This document shows, piece by piece, positions 10,380-20,033 of a stretch of DNA of 64,000 nt (the first letter of the stretch is position 1; each line of letters starts with the position of its first letter). A model generated the notes under the pieces. It saw only the letters and a list, made by a program, of their open reading frames with translations, was not told the DNA's origin and did not search any database. The stretch is from Ignavibacteriota bacterium (GTDB lineage Bacteria; Bacteroidota; Ignavibacteria; UBA10030): NCBI GenBank assembly GCA_963701295.1, contig OY969585.1, forward strand, positions 320,001-384,000, written 5' to 3'. The position numbers and the translations under genes were made by a program.

Positions 10380-11033
10380 ATGCTAAATACTTTACTTCTT
10401 ATCGATGACGATGCCGATTTCATAACCACTCTGCAAATTGGTCTGGAGTTACAGGGATACATTGTCATATCCTCGCAGAATCCCATTACGGGCTGGAAAG
10501 AAATGGAACGATGTCAACCGAGTATTATGCTCATTGACTGGGAAATGCCTGGTATGAGTGGAATTGAGTTCGCTAAACTCGTAAAAGAGGACCCCGCACA
10601 TCGCAATCGTTATATCATTATGCTCACAGGACGAACCGGCACTGAAAATGTCGTCCAAGGCCTTGATGCTGGCGCTGACGATTATCTTGTCAAGCCATTT
10701 CACATGGAAGAGTTGTTAGCACGGATTCGCTCCGGGCTACGTTTCCGGGCTCTGGAAGAACGAATTGCAGAGGAGGCGAAGCGGTTGACTGTTTTGGAAA
10801 TGGCGCTTTCGGTCGCCGATAAGATTGGTAATCCGATTGCCGCTGCAAAGTTATATCAGCAAATTCTTTTAGAAAATCCAAGTCTCTCGAAATCCAAAGA
10901 TGTCATTAGTTCGCTGAATTCAATCGGAGAGCTTCTCAACGAAGCCCTCAAACTTATCGACCAATTTCAATCCATTAAAACACCACGATCAATTCCAGCA
11001 CCGGGCGGTAAAACCATGATTGCACCTGAATAG
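10380..11033 (+). CDS. Response regulator with a degenerate HisKA-like C-terminal helix pair
   Basis: DDD...DWEMP...KPF receiver domain; tail VADKIGNPI resembles AHEINNPL without the His; no ATPase domain. Confidence 0.8.
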   Translation: MLNTLLLIDDDADFITTLQIGLELQGYIVISSQNPITGWKEMERCQPSIMLIDWEMPGMSGIEFAKLVKEDPAHRNRYIIMLTGRTGTENVVQGLDAGADDYLVKPFHMEELLARIRSGLRFRALEERIAEEAKRLTVLEMALSVADKIGNPIAAAKLYQQILLENPSLSKSKDVISSLNSIGELLNEALKLIDQFQSIKTPRSIPAPGGKTMIAPE

Positions 11034-11063
11034 GATACTAGAAATCGTTATGAAGGAGAATCT

Positions 11064-11267
11064 ATGAGTTCCTCAAAATCTGGACTGCACTGTTTGAATT
11101 GCGAACAATCGGAACGCGAGATCCCGCTTCTACACTTGCACTACAACGGAGATGAGCTATGGATTTGTTCACAGTGTCTGCCTACTTTGATTCATGCACC
11201 GCAGAAACTGATCGGCAAATTAGAGAACGCTGAACAGATAAGACCTACGGCGCAACACAAAAACTGA
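11064..11267 (+). CDS. Small CxxC/CxxC zinc-finger-like protein
   Basis: AAGGAG SD; CLNC and CSQC motifs. Confidence 0.7.
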   Translation: MSSSKSGLHCLNCEQSEREIPLLHLHYNGDELWICSQCLPTLIHAPQKLIGKLENAEQIRPTAQHKN

Positions 11268-11284
11268 ATTTCTTCGGAGATTCT

Positions 11285-12310
11285 ATGTCAATCAAAACCA
11301 TCCTCGTTACAGGAGCAAACGGTGAAATCGGTCATGGACTGATCGAGCATCTTTCCGAATACGGTGGCATGCATATTATCGCAATGGACATTACACCCAT
11401 CGATGAGTCTGTGAAAGCACGATGTCATCGTCTTGTCACCGGGGATATTCTCGATACGCATCTCCTCGAGACACTCTCCACCGAACATAATTTCGATACC
11501 ATCTACCATCTTGCAGCGCTGCTTTCCACGCGGGCAGAACGCCAGCCAACACTTGCGCACCGCGTAAACGTTGATGGAACGTTGAACCTTTTGGAAATTG
11601 CCATCACACAATCGCGCTTGCAAGGTCGTGAAATCAAGTTCATCTATCCAAGTTCTATTGCCGTGTACGGCCTTCCCGATCTAGAGGCAAAGCGGAAAGC
11701 GGGCAAAGTAAAAGAAGATCAGTGGCTAGTACCACGAACTATGTACGGCATTAATAAATTATACAACGAACAGCTTGGCAGATATTATGCCAATTATTAT
11801 CGTCAACTAGATGCCGAGCCGCCAAAAGGACAAATTGATTTCCGCGGTGTACGATTTCCCGGTCTGATCAGCGCAGTAACTCTGCCTACCGGCGGAACCA
11901 GCGACTTCGCTCCCGAAATGCTGCATATGGCCGCAAAAAACAAACATTATGAATGTTTCGTGCGTGAAGATACACGTATTCCGTTTATGGCAATGCCAGA
12001 TGCAATTACCGCTCTGCTGAAACTTCAAGCTGCTCCTCACGAAAAGCTTTCACAGACCATATATAACGTCGGTGCGTTCAATCCTTCGGCGGTGGAAGTG
12101 TTTCAGATCCTTCAAAAAGCATTTCCAGATACCAACGTCAAGTTTGCATCGGATTACCGGCGGCAAGCAATCATTGACAGCTGGCCTGCGGACGTGGATG
12201 ATACAGCAGCGCGATGCGACTGGGATTGGAAGTCAGAATATTCTTTGGATCGAGCATTTTCCGAATATTTGATTCCTGCTGTACGGAGACGATATCCATC
12301 AAAAGCCTGA
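11285..12310 (+). CDS. SDR-type L-threonine 3-dehydrogenase-like NAD-dependent epimerase/dehydratase
   Basis: TGANGEIG, HLAALLS, YGINK, PTGGTSDF, RQAIIDSWP. Confidence 0.8.
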   Translation: MSIKTILVTGANGEIGHGLIEHLSEYGGMHIIAMDITPIDESVKARCHRLVTGDILDTHLLETLSTEHNFDTIYHLAALLSTRAERQPTLAHRVNVDGTLNLLEIAITQSRLQGREIKFIYPSSIAVYGLPDLEAKRKAGKVKEDQWLVPRTMYGINKLYNEQLGRYYANYYRQLDAEPPKGQIDFRGVRFPGLISAVTLPTGGTSDFAPEMLHMAAKNKHYECFVREDTRIPFMAMPDAITALLKLQAAPHEKLSQTIYNVGAFNPSAVEVFQILQKAFPDTNVKFASDYRRQAIIDSWPADVDDTAARCDWDWKSEYSLDRAFSEYLIPAVRRRYPSKA

Positions 12311-12374
12311 GATAAGCTTCATAAAACGATCACCTGAACACCGATCTTTCACTACCGATGTTTTTTAATTCCTG

Positions 12375-12416
12375 TCTGGATTTTTGTACAATTGTTGATT
12401 TAATTAGATACAGTGA
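12375..12416 (+). promoter_or_regulatory. Conserved pfk upstream element, copy 1
   Basis: 39/42 identical to 18141-18182. Confidence 0.65.
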
Positions 12417-12471
12417 TATTGTCAAATACGGACGAAATTAATTTTCTGTTACTTTGAAGGGATAAAAAACA

Positions 12472-13629
12472 ATGCGTTTAGGTATTTTAACTGGAGGAGG
12501 AGATGTTCCAGGATTGAATGCGTGTATGAAAGCAGCATCAATGCGGATTCTTGAAGAAGGACATGAAATGTTCGGGTTGAAGCGCGGCTGGGCCGGATTG
12601 CTTCAATACAATCCGGACGACCCAAAGACTCAAGGAGAACTTATTCTTCCACTGACAAAAACTGTTGTTCGCACCATCGATCGTACCGGCGGAACATTCT
12701 TACACACGTCACGAACAAATCCAGGCAAAGTACGTCCTAAAGACATGCCGGATTTTCTGAAGGGGAAATTTGAGTACAAAGACGGTACAGAATCAGCTGA
12801 CTGCACTGCTCATGCTCTCCGTGTTATAGAACACATGAAGCTGGATGGACTCATCGCTATCGGCGGTGATGATACACTCAGCTACGCTGTACGTCTGCAT
12901 AAAGAAGGTGTTCCAATGGTCTGCATTCCAAAAACAATGGATAACGATGTCTACGGCACCGATTATTGCATTGGCTTCTCAACAGCTGTTACACGCAGTA
13001 TTGAATTTATTAATTCCATGCGAACGCCAGTCGGTTCTCACGAACGTATTGCGGTTGTGGAATTATTCGGACGCTATTCCGGAGAAACCTCTCTCATTTC
13101 GGCTTATCTTGCCGGTGTTGATCGGGCAATTATCTCAGAAGTCGACTTTGACATAGATAAACTCGTCAAGTTTTTAATCGAAGATCGCAAAGGAAATCCC
13201 AGCAACTATGCTATTATGACTGTCTCGGAAGGCGCCAAACCTCTCGGCGGCTCAATGTCTCTTACCGGCGAAGCTGATGCTTTTGGACATAAAAAGCTCG
13301 GAGGCATTGGACAATATATCGGAAGTGAAATTGAAAAACGTTCCGGCATAGGTGTGATGGTTCAACAACTTGGATATCTGATGCGCGGCGGTGCGCCTGA
13401 TGCACTTGATCGTATGGTTGCTACAACGTATGGTTATCTCGCTGCCGATCTTTTAATTCAGAGGAAATCCGGCCGAATGGTTGCGTTACGCGACGGCAAG
13501 TACACAACTATTTCTGCCAGTATGATTACTGAAGGCAAGAAATGTGTTGATGTGGATGAGTTATACGATATTGAAAAATATCGGCCTAAAGTAGCACATT
13601 TACTTGGCAAGCCGATGTTCCTGTACTAA
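12472..13629 (+). CDS. pfkA: 6-phosphofructokinase (short PfkA family, PPi-type signature)
   Basis: [29 protein letters not shown]. Confidence 0.9.
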   Translation: MRLGILTGGGDVPGLNACMKAASMRILEEGHEMFGLKRGWAGLLQYNPDDPKTQGELILPLTKTVVRTIDRTGGTFLHTSRTNPGKVRPKDMPDFLKGKFEYKDGTESADCTAHALRVIEHMKLDGLIAIGGDDTLSYAVRLHKEGVPMVCIPKTMDNDVYGTDYCIGFSTAVTRSIEFINSMRTPVGSHERIAVVELFGRYSGETSLISAYLAGVDRAIISEVDFDIDKLVKFLIEDRKGNPSNYAIMTVSEGAKPLGGSMSLTGEADAFGHKKLGGIGQYIGSEIEKRSGIGVMVQQLGYLMRGGAPDALDRMVATTYGYLAADLLIQRKSGRMVALRDGKYTTISASMITEGKKCVDVDELYDIEKYRPKVAHLLGKPMFLY

Positions 13630-13660
13630 GCTGTAGGGAATATAGTATTTCCTTCTTTCG

Positions 13661-13711
13661 TGGTTACATTCTTAGGCACTTTCAGTTATAGAAAGTATAA
13701 GGGTGTAACCA
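13661..13711. repeat. Long imperfect inverted repeat ending at the integrase start codon
   Basis: tggttaca/tgtaacca outer arms, ttctta/taaggg (with G-T pairs) and actttc/gaaagt inner arms. Confidence 0.7.
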
Positions 13712-14730
13712 TGTTTTTATCTAAACATACCAACAGTATTTAGTACCTGTTCTATACCAACACATCCGGCAACTGGGCTAAAGTTTCTTCCCGGTGCACT
13801 CATAAAACCGATGCACTTAAGTTCCTTCAAGGATTCAAGCAAGATGAACACCCACGAGGACAGAACGCCAAGTGGAAACTTTGTAGCGAGTTCTGGAAAG
13901 AGTTTCTAACCTATACAGAATTTAACTTTTCTCAAGCAACGGTAGTTTTATATAAGAACACAACAAGATTGTTCTTTGAGATAGTTGGAGATAAACCCCT
14001 CGTTGATTACACGCCAAGAGATTTTGACCTCTACAAAACGGTAAGACAGAAATATGTTAAGGCTCCAACTGTCAACATTGACTTGCGAACGATACGCGCT
14101 TTCTTCAACGTTGCTGTACGTTGAAGACTATTAGACAAATCCCCTTTTGACATTGAACTTGTTCCCATCCCGGAGTCAAGCCCAGTGTATCTTACAAAGC
14201 AGGACTTTGAGAGATTGCTTGCAGTAATCAAAGAGAACTGGCTTAAAGAAATCATCGTCTTTGCGGTATCCACAGGGTTACGAAGAGGTGAACTACTCAA
14301 CTTGAAATGGAGCAACGTAGATATGCAACGGAAGCTATTGTATATCGAATCTTCTCCAACGTTTCGGACTAAAGCGGGCAAGCGAAGAACTATCCCGCTT
14401 TCAGACACAGCATTGTTAATTCTTCAGGCACGGCAAAGAAAAGGATTATCTGGATGTGTATTTACTTGGGATGGAAAAATTATTTCCGGTTGTTTCCTAT
14501 CTCACTTATTCAAGCGGTATGTAAGGCAGGTGAAACTCAGCAATCAGGATATACACTTTCACAGCCTCCGGCACTCGTTTGCCTCTTGGCTTGCTTAGGA
14601 CGGCACTTCTGTATATGTGATAAAAGACTTACTTGAATACTCAGACGTAAAAACAATCCAGATATACAGCCATTTACAGCCGGAGAATTTGCGTACTGAG
14701 GTGAATAAGATTTCGGTACCTTTGAACTGA
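13711..14730 (+). pseudogene. Tyrosine recombinase/phage integrase pseudogene (340 codons, three in-frame stops)
   Basis: Single frame from MFLSKH; stops at 13741 (TAG), 14122 (TGA) and 14596 (TAG); TGLRRGE, HSLRH and IYSHL retained, LGH decayed to LEY. Confidence 0.9.
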
Positions 14731-14896
14731 GAAAGTAGTCTCTAACGCGCTCTTGCTTTTGCGGGGATGTTGGATTATATTCGCGCGATAGTAAAATAGA
14801 TAGGAACAGTGAATAGGGTGATAGGTTCACTCATTCTGAAGAGACTTGTCCTCTATCAAGCTGTAATAAAATCAACTAAACGCCTCGGAGGTAATC

Positions 14897-15154
14897 ATGA
14901 AGATACGTGTAAGAGCTTTTGGGTTAGCAGTCGGTATTGTGTGTGGATTGGGAGTATTTGTGCCAACACTTTTGGCTGCCGTTTGGGGAACCGGTAAAAC
15001 ACTTATATTGCTTAGAGCGTTTTTCTTTGGATACAGCATAAGCTTCGGTGGGGCTATTGTGGGATTGATTTGGGGTTTCGTTTTGGGATTCATTTGTGGG
15101 GCATTGGTTGCGTGGATATACAATATACTCCATAAGGCGCTCTACAAATCATAG
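14897..15154 (+). CDS. Small Gly-rich membrane protein (putative holin-like family)
   Basis: GGAGGT SD; hydrophobic helices; GYSISFGGAIVGLIWGF...AWIYN motif. Confidence 0.7.
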   Translation: MKIRVRAFGLAVGIVCGLGVFVPTLLAAVWGTGKTLILLRAFFFGYSISFGGAIVGLIWGFVLGFICGALVAWIYNILHKALYKS

Positions 15155-15275
15155 GGGACGGGGTATAAATGATACTCGGCTGTTGAGAGGTCTTTAGATA
15201 GGATGAACTATGAGCCCCAACAGACTCCATTGGAGCTTTGTGTTTATTCTAGCCTGAGACCATCTGAATATTACT

Positions 15276-15326
15276 GTGAATAAGATTTCGGTGTCTTTGA
15301 ATTGAAAAAGGTGTAGCCTATAACGC
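15276..15326 (+). repeat. Second copy of the integrase 3' end and downstream sequence
   Basis: 27/30 identical to 14701-14730; similarity continues to gtag..taacgc. Confidence 0.8.
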
Positions 15327-15378
15327 AAATATGAACAAGAGCACTCATTTTACAAGTTTGCTTTGCTGGTTAGTATTG

Positions 15379-15715
15379 TCAAGCGGCAGCATCGACAGCG
15401 TCTTGAATAGATGACTCCACATCGCCAACTGACGTCCTAACTTTATATACCGAATAGCGCCAGTCACCATTATTCAATCCATCAACATCAGTTGAAAGGT
15501 CATCGGCCTTTGATTTTACATTGTCAAATTCTGACTGAACATTTTCCAGTTTATTCTTCAGATTTTCAATTTTCTGATTGGCCTTTTCAAGCTCACTATT
15601 AATTTGATTGACTTGTTTCTCTAATTCCTCTGTTCTTGCCCCCATTGCAACCACGAAAAGGAAACACGACCACGAAGAAGGCTATAGAGAATATATTCAG
15701 TTTTGTAATGTTCAT
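15379..15715 (-). pseudogene. Coiled-coil lipoprotein, frameshifted
   Basis: GGAG SD and ATG 15715 give MNITKLNIFSIAFFVVVFPFRGC (lipobox-like), 1 nt out of frame with the TEELEKQ... coiled coil. Confidence 0.6.
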
Positions 15716-15880
15716 GTTATCTCCACAAGCTTATTCCTTTACGAATAGGTGGAGTGCACATCCGTACTCAATCGACATTAATTGAGTTGTTGGTTAATGG
15801 GTGGCAATTAAGCTACTATAATCTGATTAACTTTTAATAAATGTAATAATAAGCGGAAAAAGCTATTTTGTTTCTGCTTT

Positions 15881-16257
15881 TTAAAGAATCTTAATTTGTT
15901 TAGGTGATTTGAGAATAATTTCAGACTTGTCTTGATAGAGCTTAATCTTGCCTATATTTCGACAGTCGGACCTTCATATTGATTCACATTAGAGAAAATT
16001 TTAACATCACTTATTAAAAATAACTGCTGCAAATGCATTGTTTGGATATTTGCCTTCTCTGCCAAGGAAGACGGTACCTTCCCTTGAGATATATACTTCA
16101 CGAACCAAACCCTTGATTGTTGCATATTCACCTACATGATTTATTGCTTCCTCGAGAGAATACTTCGGAATTTTTACTTAGCCAATCCTTCATTAAGTGT
16201 GAAAAAGAAAATAAAAATAGATGCACACGACATGAAAGATTTGATGAATTGTTTCAT
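15881..16257 (-). pseudogene. Secreted OB-fold protein pseudogene
   Basis: GGAGG SD, ATG 16257 and signal peptide; fragments EEAINHVGEYATIKG, GTVFL..GKYPNNAFAAVIF, YEGPTVEI and KIKLYQDKSEIIL lie in different frames. Confidence 0.65.
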
Positions 16258-16535
16258 ACGTCCTCCGTTCTTGAAAGGTTCAACTTCTAATAATCTATTT
16301 GGTTGAAGGAATTATTCTAATTTTAGCAATTTATTAGTTTCAGCGAGAATATGGTTCTTCCTTGTACTAAAATCAAGTTATTGAAATTCATTTTTCTAAT
16401 CTTGTGAATGAGTATAAATAAGGATAGTTTTAAGTTCTGGCAGGAATTCGCCAACACAACAATAGAGACACTTGTTTGTTGCCTAATTGCATACATCGGG
16501 ATATTTCACTTCATTAAATATTATATCTTTTATTT

Positions 16536-17288
16536 ATGATCGGAAACAAACCTGACCACATGAAAGACAAGACAATGACCACTGTCAGCAGCATAGCGAA
16601 GATGATCGATCACTCAATCCTTCATCCTACTTTTACCGATGACGATTTAAAGACCAACTGTGAAATCGCAAAAAAATATCATGTCGCCACCGTATGTGTA
16701 AAACCATATCACACAAAGATGGCGGCGGATATACTCGAAGGCTCCGATGTCGCAGTGTGCGCAGTCATTGGTTTTCCCCATGGTAACAGTACTATCGATA
16801 TAAAAGCTGCAGAAGCCCTTCAGGTTATTAAAGACGGCGCGAGCGAAGTAGACGTAGTTGTCAATATCGGTAAAGTGCTGCAAGCCGATTGGAATTATAT
16901 CGATCAAGAACTAAAAACAATCCATGACATCTGTCTCAATAATAAAGTGCTTTTAAAAGTAATTTTCGAAACAGATTATTTATCGCGCGATGAAGACAAA
17001 ATAAAACTATGCAAACTTTGCAGTAAACATACGATCGATTTTGTAAAGACCTCTACCGGTTATGGCTTCGTTAAGGATAGCGATGGAAAGTATTCGTATG
17101 CAGGAGCAACCGAACATGACATAAAACTCATGCGCAATCATTGTGCTCCTGGTGTACATATTAAAGCAGCAGGCGGTATTCGAACTCTTGACCATGTCCT
17201 AAAAATGCGCGAGCTTGGAGCCACGAGGATCGGCGCTACCGCGACAGCAGACATTTTGGAAGAAGCAAAAAAGCGTTTTAAACTATAA
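16536..17288 (+). CDS. deoC: Deoxyribose-phosphate aldolase, paralogue 1 (start may be 16560 or 16575)
   Basis: IDHSIL, VIGFPHG, KVIFET, FVKTSTG, KAAGGIR, RIG. Confidence 0.92.
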   Translation: MIGNKPDHMKDKTMTTVSSIAKMIDHSILHPTFTDDDLKTNCEIAKKYHVATVCVKPYHTKMAADILEGSDVAVCAVIGFPHGNSTIDIKAAEALQVIKDGASEVDVVVNIGKVLQADWNYIDQELKTIHDICLNNKVLLKVIFETDYLSRDEDKIKLCKLCSKHTIDFVKTSTGYGFVKDSDGKYSYAGATEHDIKLMRNHCAPGVHIKAAGGIRTLDHVLKMRELGATRIGATATADILEEAKKRFKL

Positions 17289-17460
17289 TCGTACTAGAAT
17301 AAAAACTTGCAGCTGAATTTGTTAAGTTAAAAATAGTTTCCTACATCTACCCTAGCAACACAGCAAAATACAGCCAAATCGCTTGTATCTGCTTACAATC
17401 ATGCTTATTTTCCTAATGTTATTTTTTTAGTCGGCTTGCTTCTCACAAAAAGGATTCAAC

Positions 17461-18093
17461 ATGCTAGAAAATAAATATTTAGAAGAACATGTTTTAGTAT
17501 TTAAGACTCAATTACTCGAACACATAGGCATGTTTCAAGGTCTTTGCTTTGAGCTGGGTAAATATAGAGATATTATATATAATTCAAAGAATCACATTTT
17601 CCTCAAAAGAAAAGATGCGGAATCCAATCCTGCCTACAAGCAGTTGATCCCTTATGCCCTCTTGCAATTCAAAAACACATTTTTTGTCTATCGCCGCGGT
17701 AAACTTCTGGCGGAGAAAAGACTTCTTGGAAATTATTCATTAGGTGTAGGCGGACATATTTCTGTTACTGACCCGGGATTATTTGGTACAACCTATGAAG
17801 ATGGTCTGAGACGTGAAATACATGAAGAAGTTATTCTTGAATCTCCTTATACGCAGCGGATTGTCGCCCTGCTGAATGACGATTCTGACGATGTCGGAAA
17901 AGTTCACTTCGGCATTGTTCACGTTCTTGCACTAGAAAAACCGTTAGTCAAACCAAGAGAAAAATCGATTAATGAAACGAAATTCCTGGACACCGAAGAA
18001 CTTAGTAACAAAATAATTACATTTGAAAATTGGTCGAAAATATGTATTCACCATATTGATCGCATTATCGATCGCAAAGAACAGAACTTTTGA
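17461..18093 (+). CDS. Nudix-superfamily phosphoesterase (COG4112-like)
   Basis: KQLIPY, SLGVGGH, LRREIHEE, VGKVHFG, ENWS. Confidence 0.8.
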   Translation: MLENKYLEEHVLVFKTQLLEHIGMFQGLCFELGKYRDIIYNSKNHIFLKRKDAESNPAYKQLIPYALLQFKNTFFVYRRGKLLAEKRLLGNYSLGVGGHISVTDPGLFGTTYEDGLRREIHEEVILESPYTQRIVALLNDDSDDVGKVHFGIVHVLALEKPLVKPREKSINETKFLDTEELSNKIITFENWSKICIHHIDRIIDRKEQNF

Positions 18094-18140
18094 GGAAACA
18101 ATAATCCTATCAATGCATAAATGTCCATGATATTTATTTA

Positions 18141-18182
18141 TCTGGATTTTTATCCAATTGTTGATTTAATTAAATACAGTGA
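18141..18182 (+). promoter_or_regulatory. Conserved pfk upstream element, copy 2
   Basis: 39/42 identical to 12375-12416; contains the TGGAT-N4-ATCCA palindrome. Confidence 0.65.
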
Positions 18183-18257
18183 AACTATTCTAATATATTT
18201 TCATATGTACAGTTCAAATTAATAAAATAATTTAAACAATCTCCATTAAAGTAAAAT

Positions 18258-19919
18258 ATGAAATTCAATCCTATTACAAAAAGTTCTTTACAACTAGCAA
18301 GAGCTGACTATAAACCAAAATTACCGACTGCTTTAACCGGCAATATATTGGTTAAAGAAGGTGCTGCGACTCAATCTGTCGCACATCAAGAAGAAATTAA
18401 TAAGATGTTTCCAATTACCCATGGTTTACCTGTTTTAAATATCGAATCCGGCTCAAAACCCTTGGAATCATCTGTTCTAAATGTTGGGGTTATCCTTTCT
18501 GGAGGCCAGGCTCCTGGCGGACATAATGTAATTGCGGGGATATTTGATGGTCTAAAAGCAATGAATAGTAATAGTAAATTATATGGTTTCTTAGGTGGAC
18601 CATCAGGATTAGTAGATGGAAAAAATATTGAACTGACTGCTCAACTGATTGAGGAATACAGAAATACGGGAGGATTTGATATAATAGGCAGCGGTAGAAC
18701 GAAATTGGAAGAACAATCACAGTTTGATAAAGGTCTCGAGAATTGCAAAAACCTTGGCATAAATGCTATTGTTATCATTGGAGGAGACGACTCAAATACA
18801 AATGCTTGCGTATTGGCTGAGTATTACAAGTCAATGAATGCCGGTGTCCAGGTAATAGGTTGCCCCAAAACTATTGATGGAGATTTAAAAAATGAAATGA
18901 TAGAAACATCCTTCGGATTTGATACAGCCTGCAAGGTGTATAGTGAGCTTATTGGTAATATTGAACGTGACGCTTTATCTGCAAAAAAATATTGGCATTT
19001 CATAAAGTTGATGGGGCGTTCAGCTTCACATATAGCACTTGAATGTGTCCTTCAGACCCATCCAAACTATGCTATTATTTCTGAAGAAGTGCAGGAGAAG
19101 AGATTGACCATGGACCAGATTGTTGAAGATATTGCCAGGGTTATTAAAACACGCTCTGACAATAATGAAAACTTTGGTGTTTGCTTGATACCAGAAGGCT
19201 TAATTGAATTTGTGCCCGAGATTAAAAAACTAATTTCTGAAATTAATGACTTACTAGCTGACAAAGCCGTAATTTTTAATGTATTGGAAACTGACGATGA
19301 AAAATTCCAATTCGTTAACAGTCACATAAGCGCTGATTCAACAAAAGCATTTAACTCATTGCCAAAAGAAATACAGATTCAGCTATTAATGGATCGCGAT
19401 CCGCATGGGAATGTACAGGTTTCACATATTGAAACTGAAAAATTACTGATTGAGATGGTTGAAGAAAAGCTTAAAGAATGGAAGACAGAAGGTAAATTCA
19501 AAGGAAATTTTACGGCATTGGCAAATTTCTTTGGATACGAAGGCCGGTGTGCAGCACCGTCTAATTTTGACGCCAACTATACTTACTCATTGGGCTATGT
19601 AGCTGCTGTTATAATTGGATCAGGAAAGACCGGGTATATGTCGTCGGTTCGAAATCTTATCGCTCCGGCTGATAAATGGATCGCGGGAGGTGTGCCAATT
19701 ACTATGATGATGAACATAGAAAAAAGACACGGTCTTATGAAACCTGTCATTCAGAAAGCACTGGTGAAATTAGATGGCAAACCGTTTAAAGAGTTTGCGA
19801 AAAACAGGGCCGAATGGTCTATTAAAACATCCTATGTTTTCCCTGGACCAATACAATACTTTGGACCAAGCGAAGTATGCGACGCAACAACCAAAACATT
19901 ACAATTGGAAAGAGGTTAA
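18258..19919 (+). CDS. pfp: Diphosphate--fructose-6-phosphate 1-phosphotransferase (long PPi-PFK)
   Basis: [40 protein letters not shown]. Confidence 0.95.
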   Translation: MKFNPITKSSLQLARADYKPKLPTALTGNILVKEGAATQSVAHQEEINKMFPITHGLPVLNIESGSKPLESSVLNVGVILSGGQAPGGHNVIAGIFDGLKAMNSNSKLYGFLGGPSGLVDGKNIELTAQLIEEYRNTGGFDIIGSGRTKLEEQSQFDKGLENCKNLGINAIVIIGGDDSNTNACVLAEYYKSMNAGVQVIGCPKTIDGDLKNEMIETSFGFDTACKVYSELIGNIERDALSAKKYWHFIKLMGRSASHIALECVLQTHPNYAIISEEVQEKRLTMDQIVEDIARVIKTRSDNNENFGVCLIPEGLIEFVPEIKKLISEINDLLADKAVIFNVLETDDEKFQFVNSHISADSTKAFNSLPKEIQIQLLMDRDPHGNVQVSHIETEKLLIEMVEEKLKEWKTEGKFKGNFTALANFFGYEGRCAAPSNFDANYTYSLGYVAAVIIGSGKTGYMSSVRNLIAPADKWIAGGVPITMMMNIEKRHGLMKPVIQKALVKLDGKPFKEFAKNRAEWSIKTSYVFPGPIQYFGPSEVCDATTKTLQLERG

Positions 19920-19960
19920 TAGAGATAGTTCATAATAATTGAGATAGTGTATGTGTCGAT

Positions 19961-19990
19961 AAAAAACCCCTCCGTTTAGAGGGGATTTTT
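19961..19990. terminator. Bidirectional intrinsic terminator
   Basis: A6-cccctc/gagggg-T-rich between convergent genes. Confidence 0.75.
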
Positions 19991-20033
19991 ATTTACCAGC
20001 AAATTTTTCTAGATGAATTTCTTCATCTACTCG

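Larger units (their letters stand above)
13661..16400. mobile_element. Decayed integrase-associated island (right boundary approximate)
   Basis: Dead integrase, duplicated integrase 3' end, two further pseudogenes, AT-rich and low coding density between pfkA and deoC. Confidence 0.55.

Noticed and set aside
13741-14598. Stop-codon reassignment or read-through in the integrase
   Set aside because: Both TAG and TGA occur, both end normal genes elsewhere in the window, and the LGH motif is also decayed
14897-15154. Prophage suggested by the integrase plus holin-like gene
   Set aside because: No endolysin, structural, terminase or replication genes nearby
13711-15330. Integron (IntI plus attC cassettes)
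   Set aside because: The integrase lacks the IntI-specific insertion, and the tctctaac/gcctataac motifs do not form RYYYAAC...GTTRRRY attC hairpins
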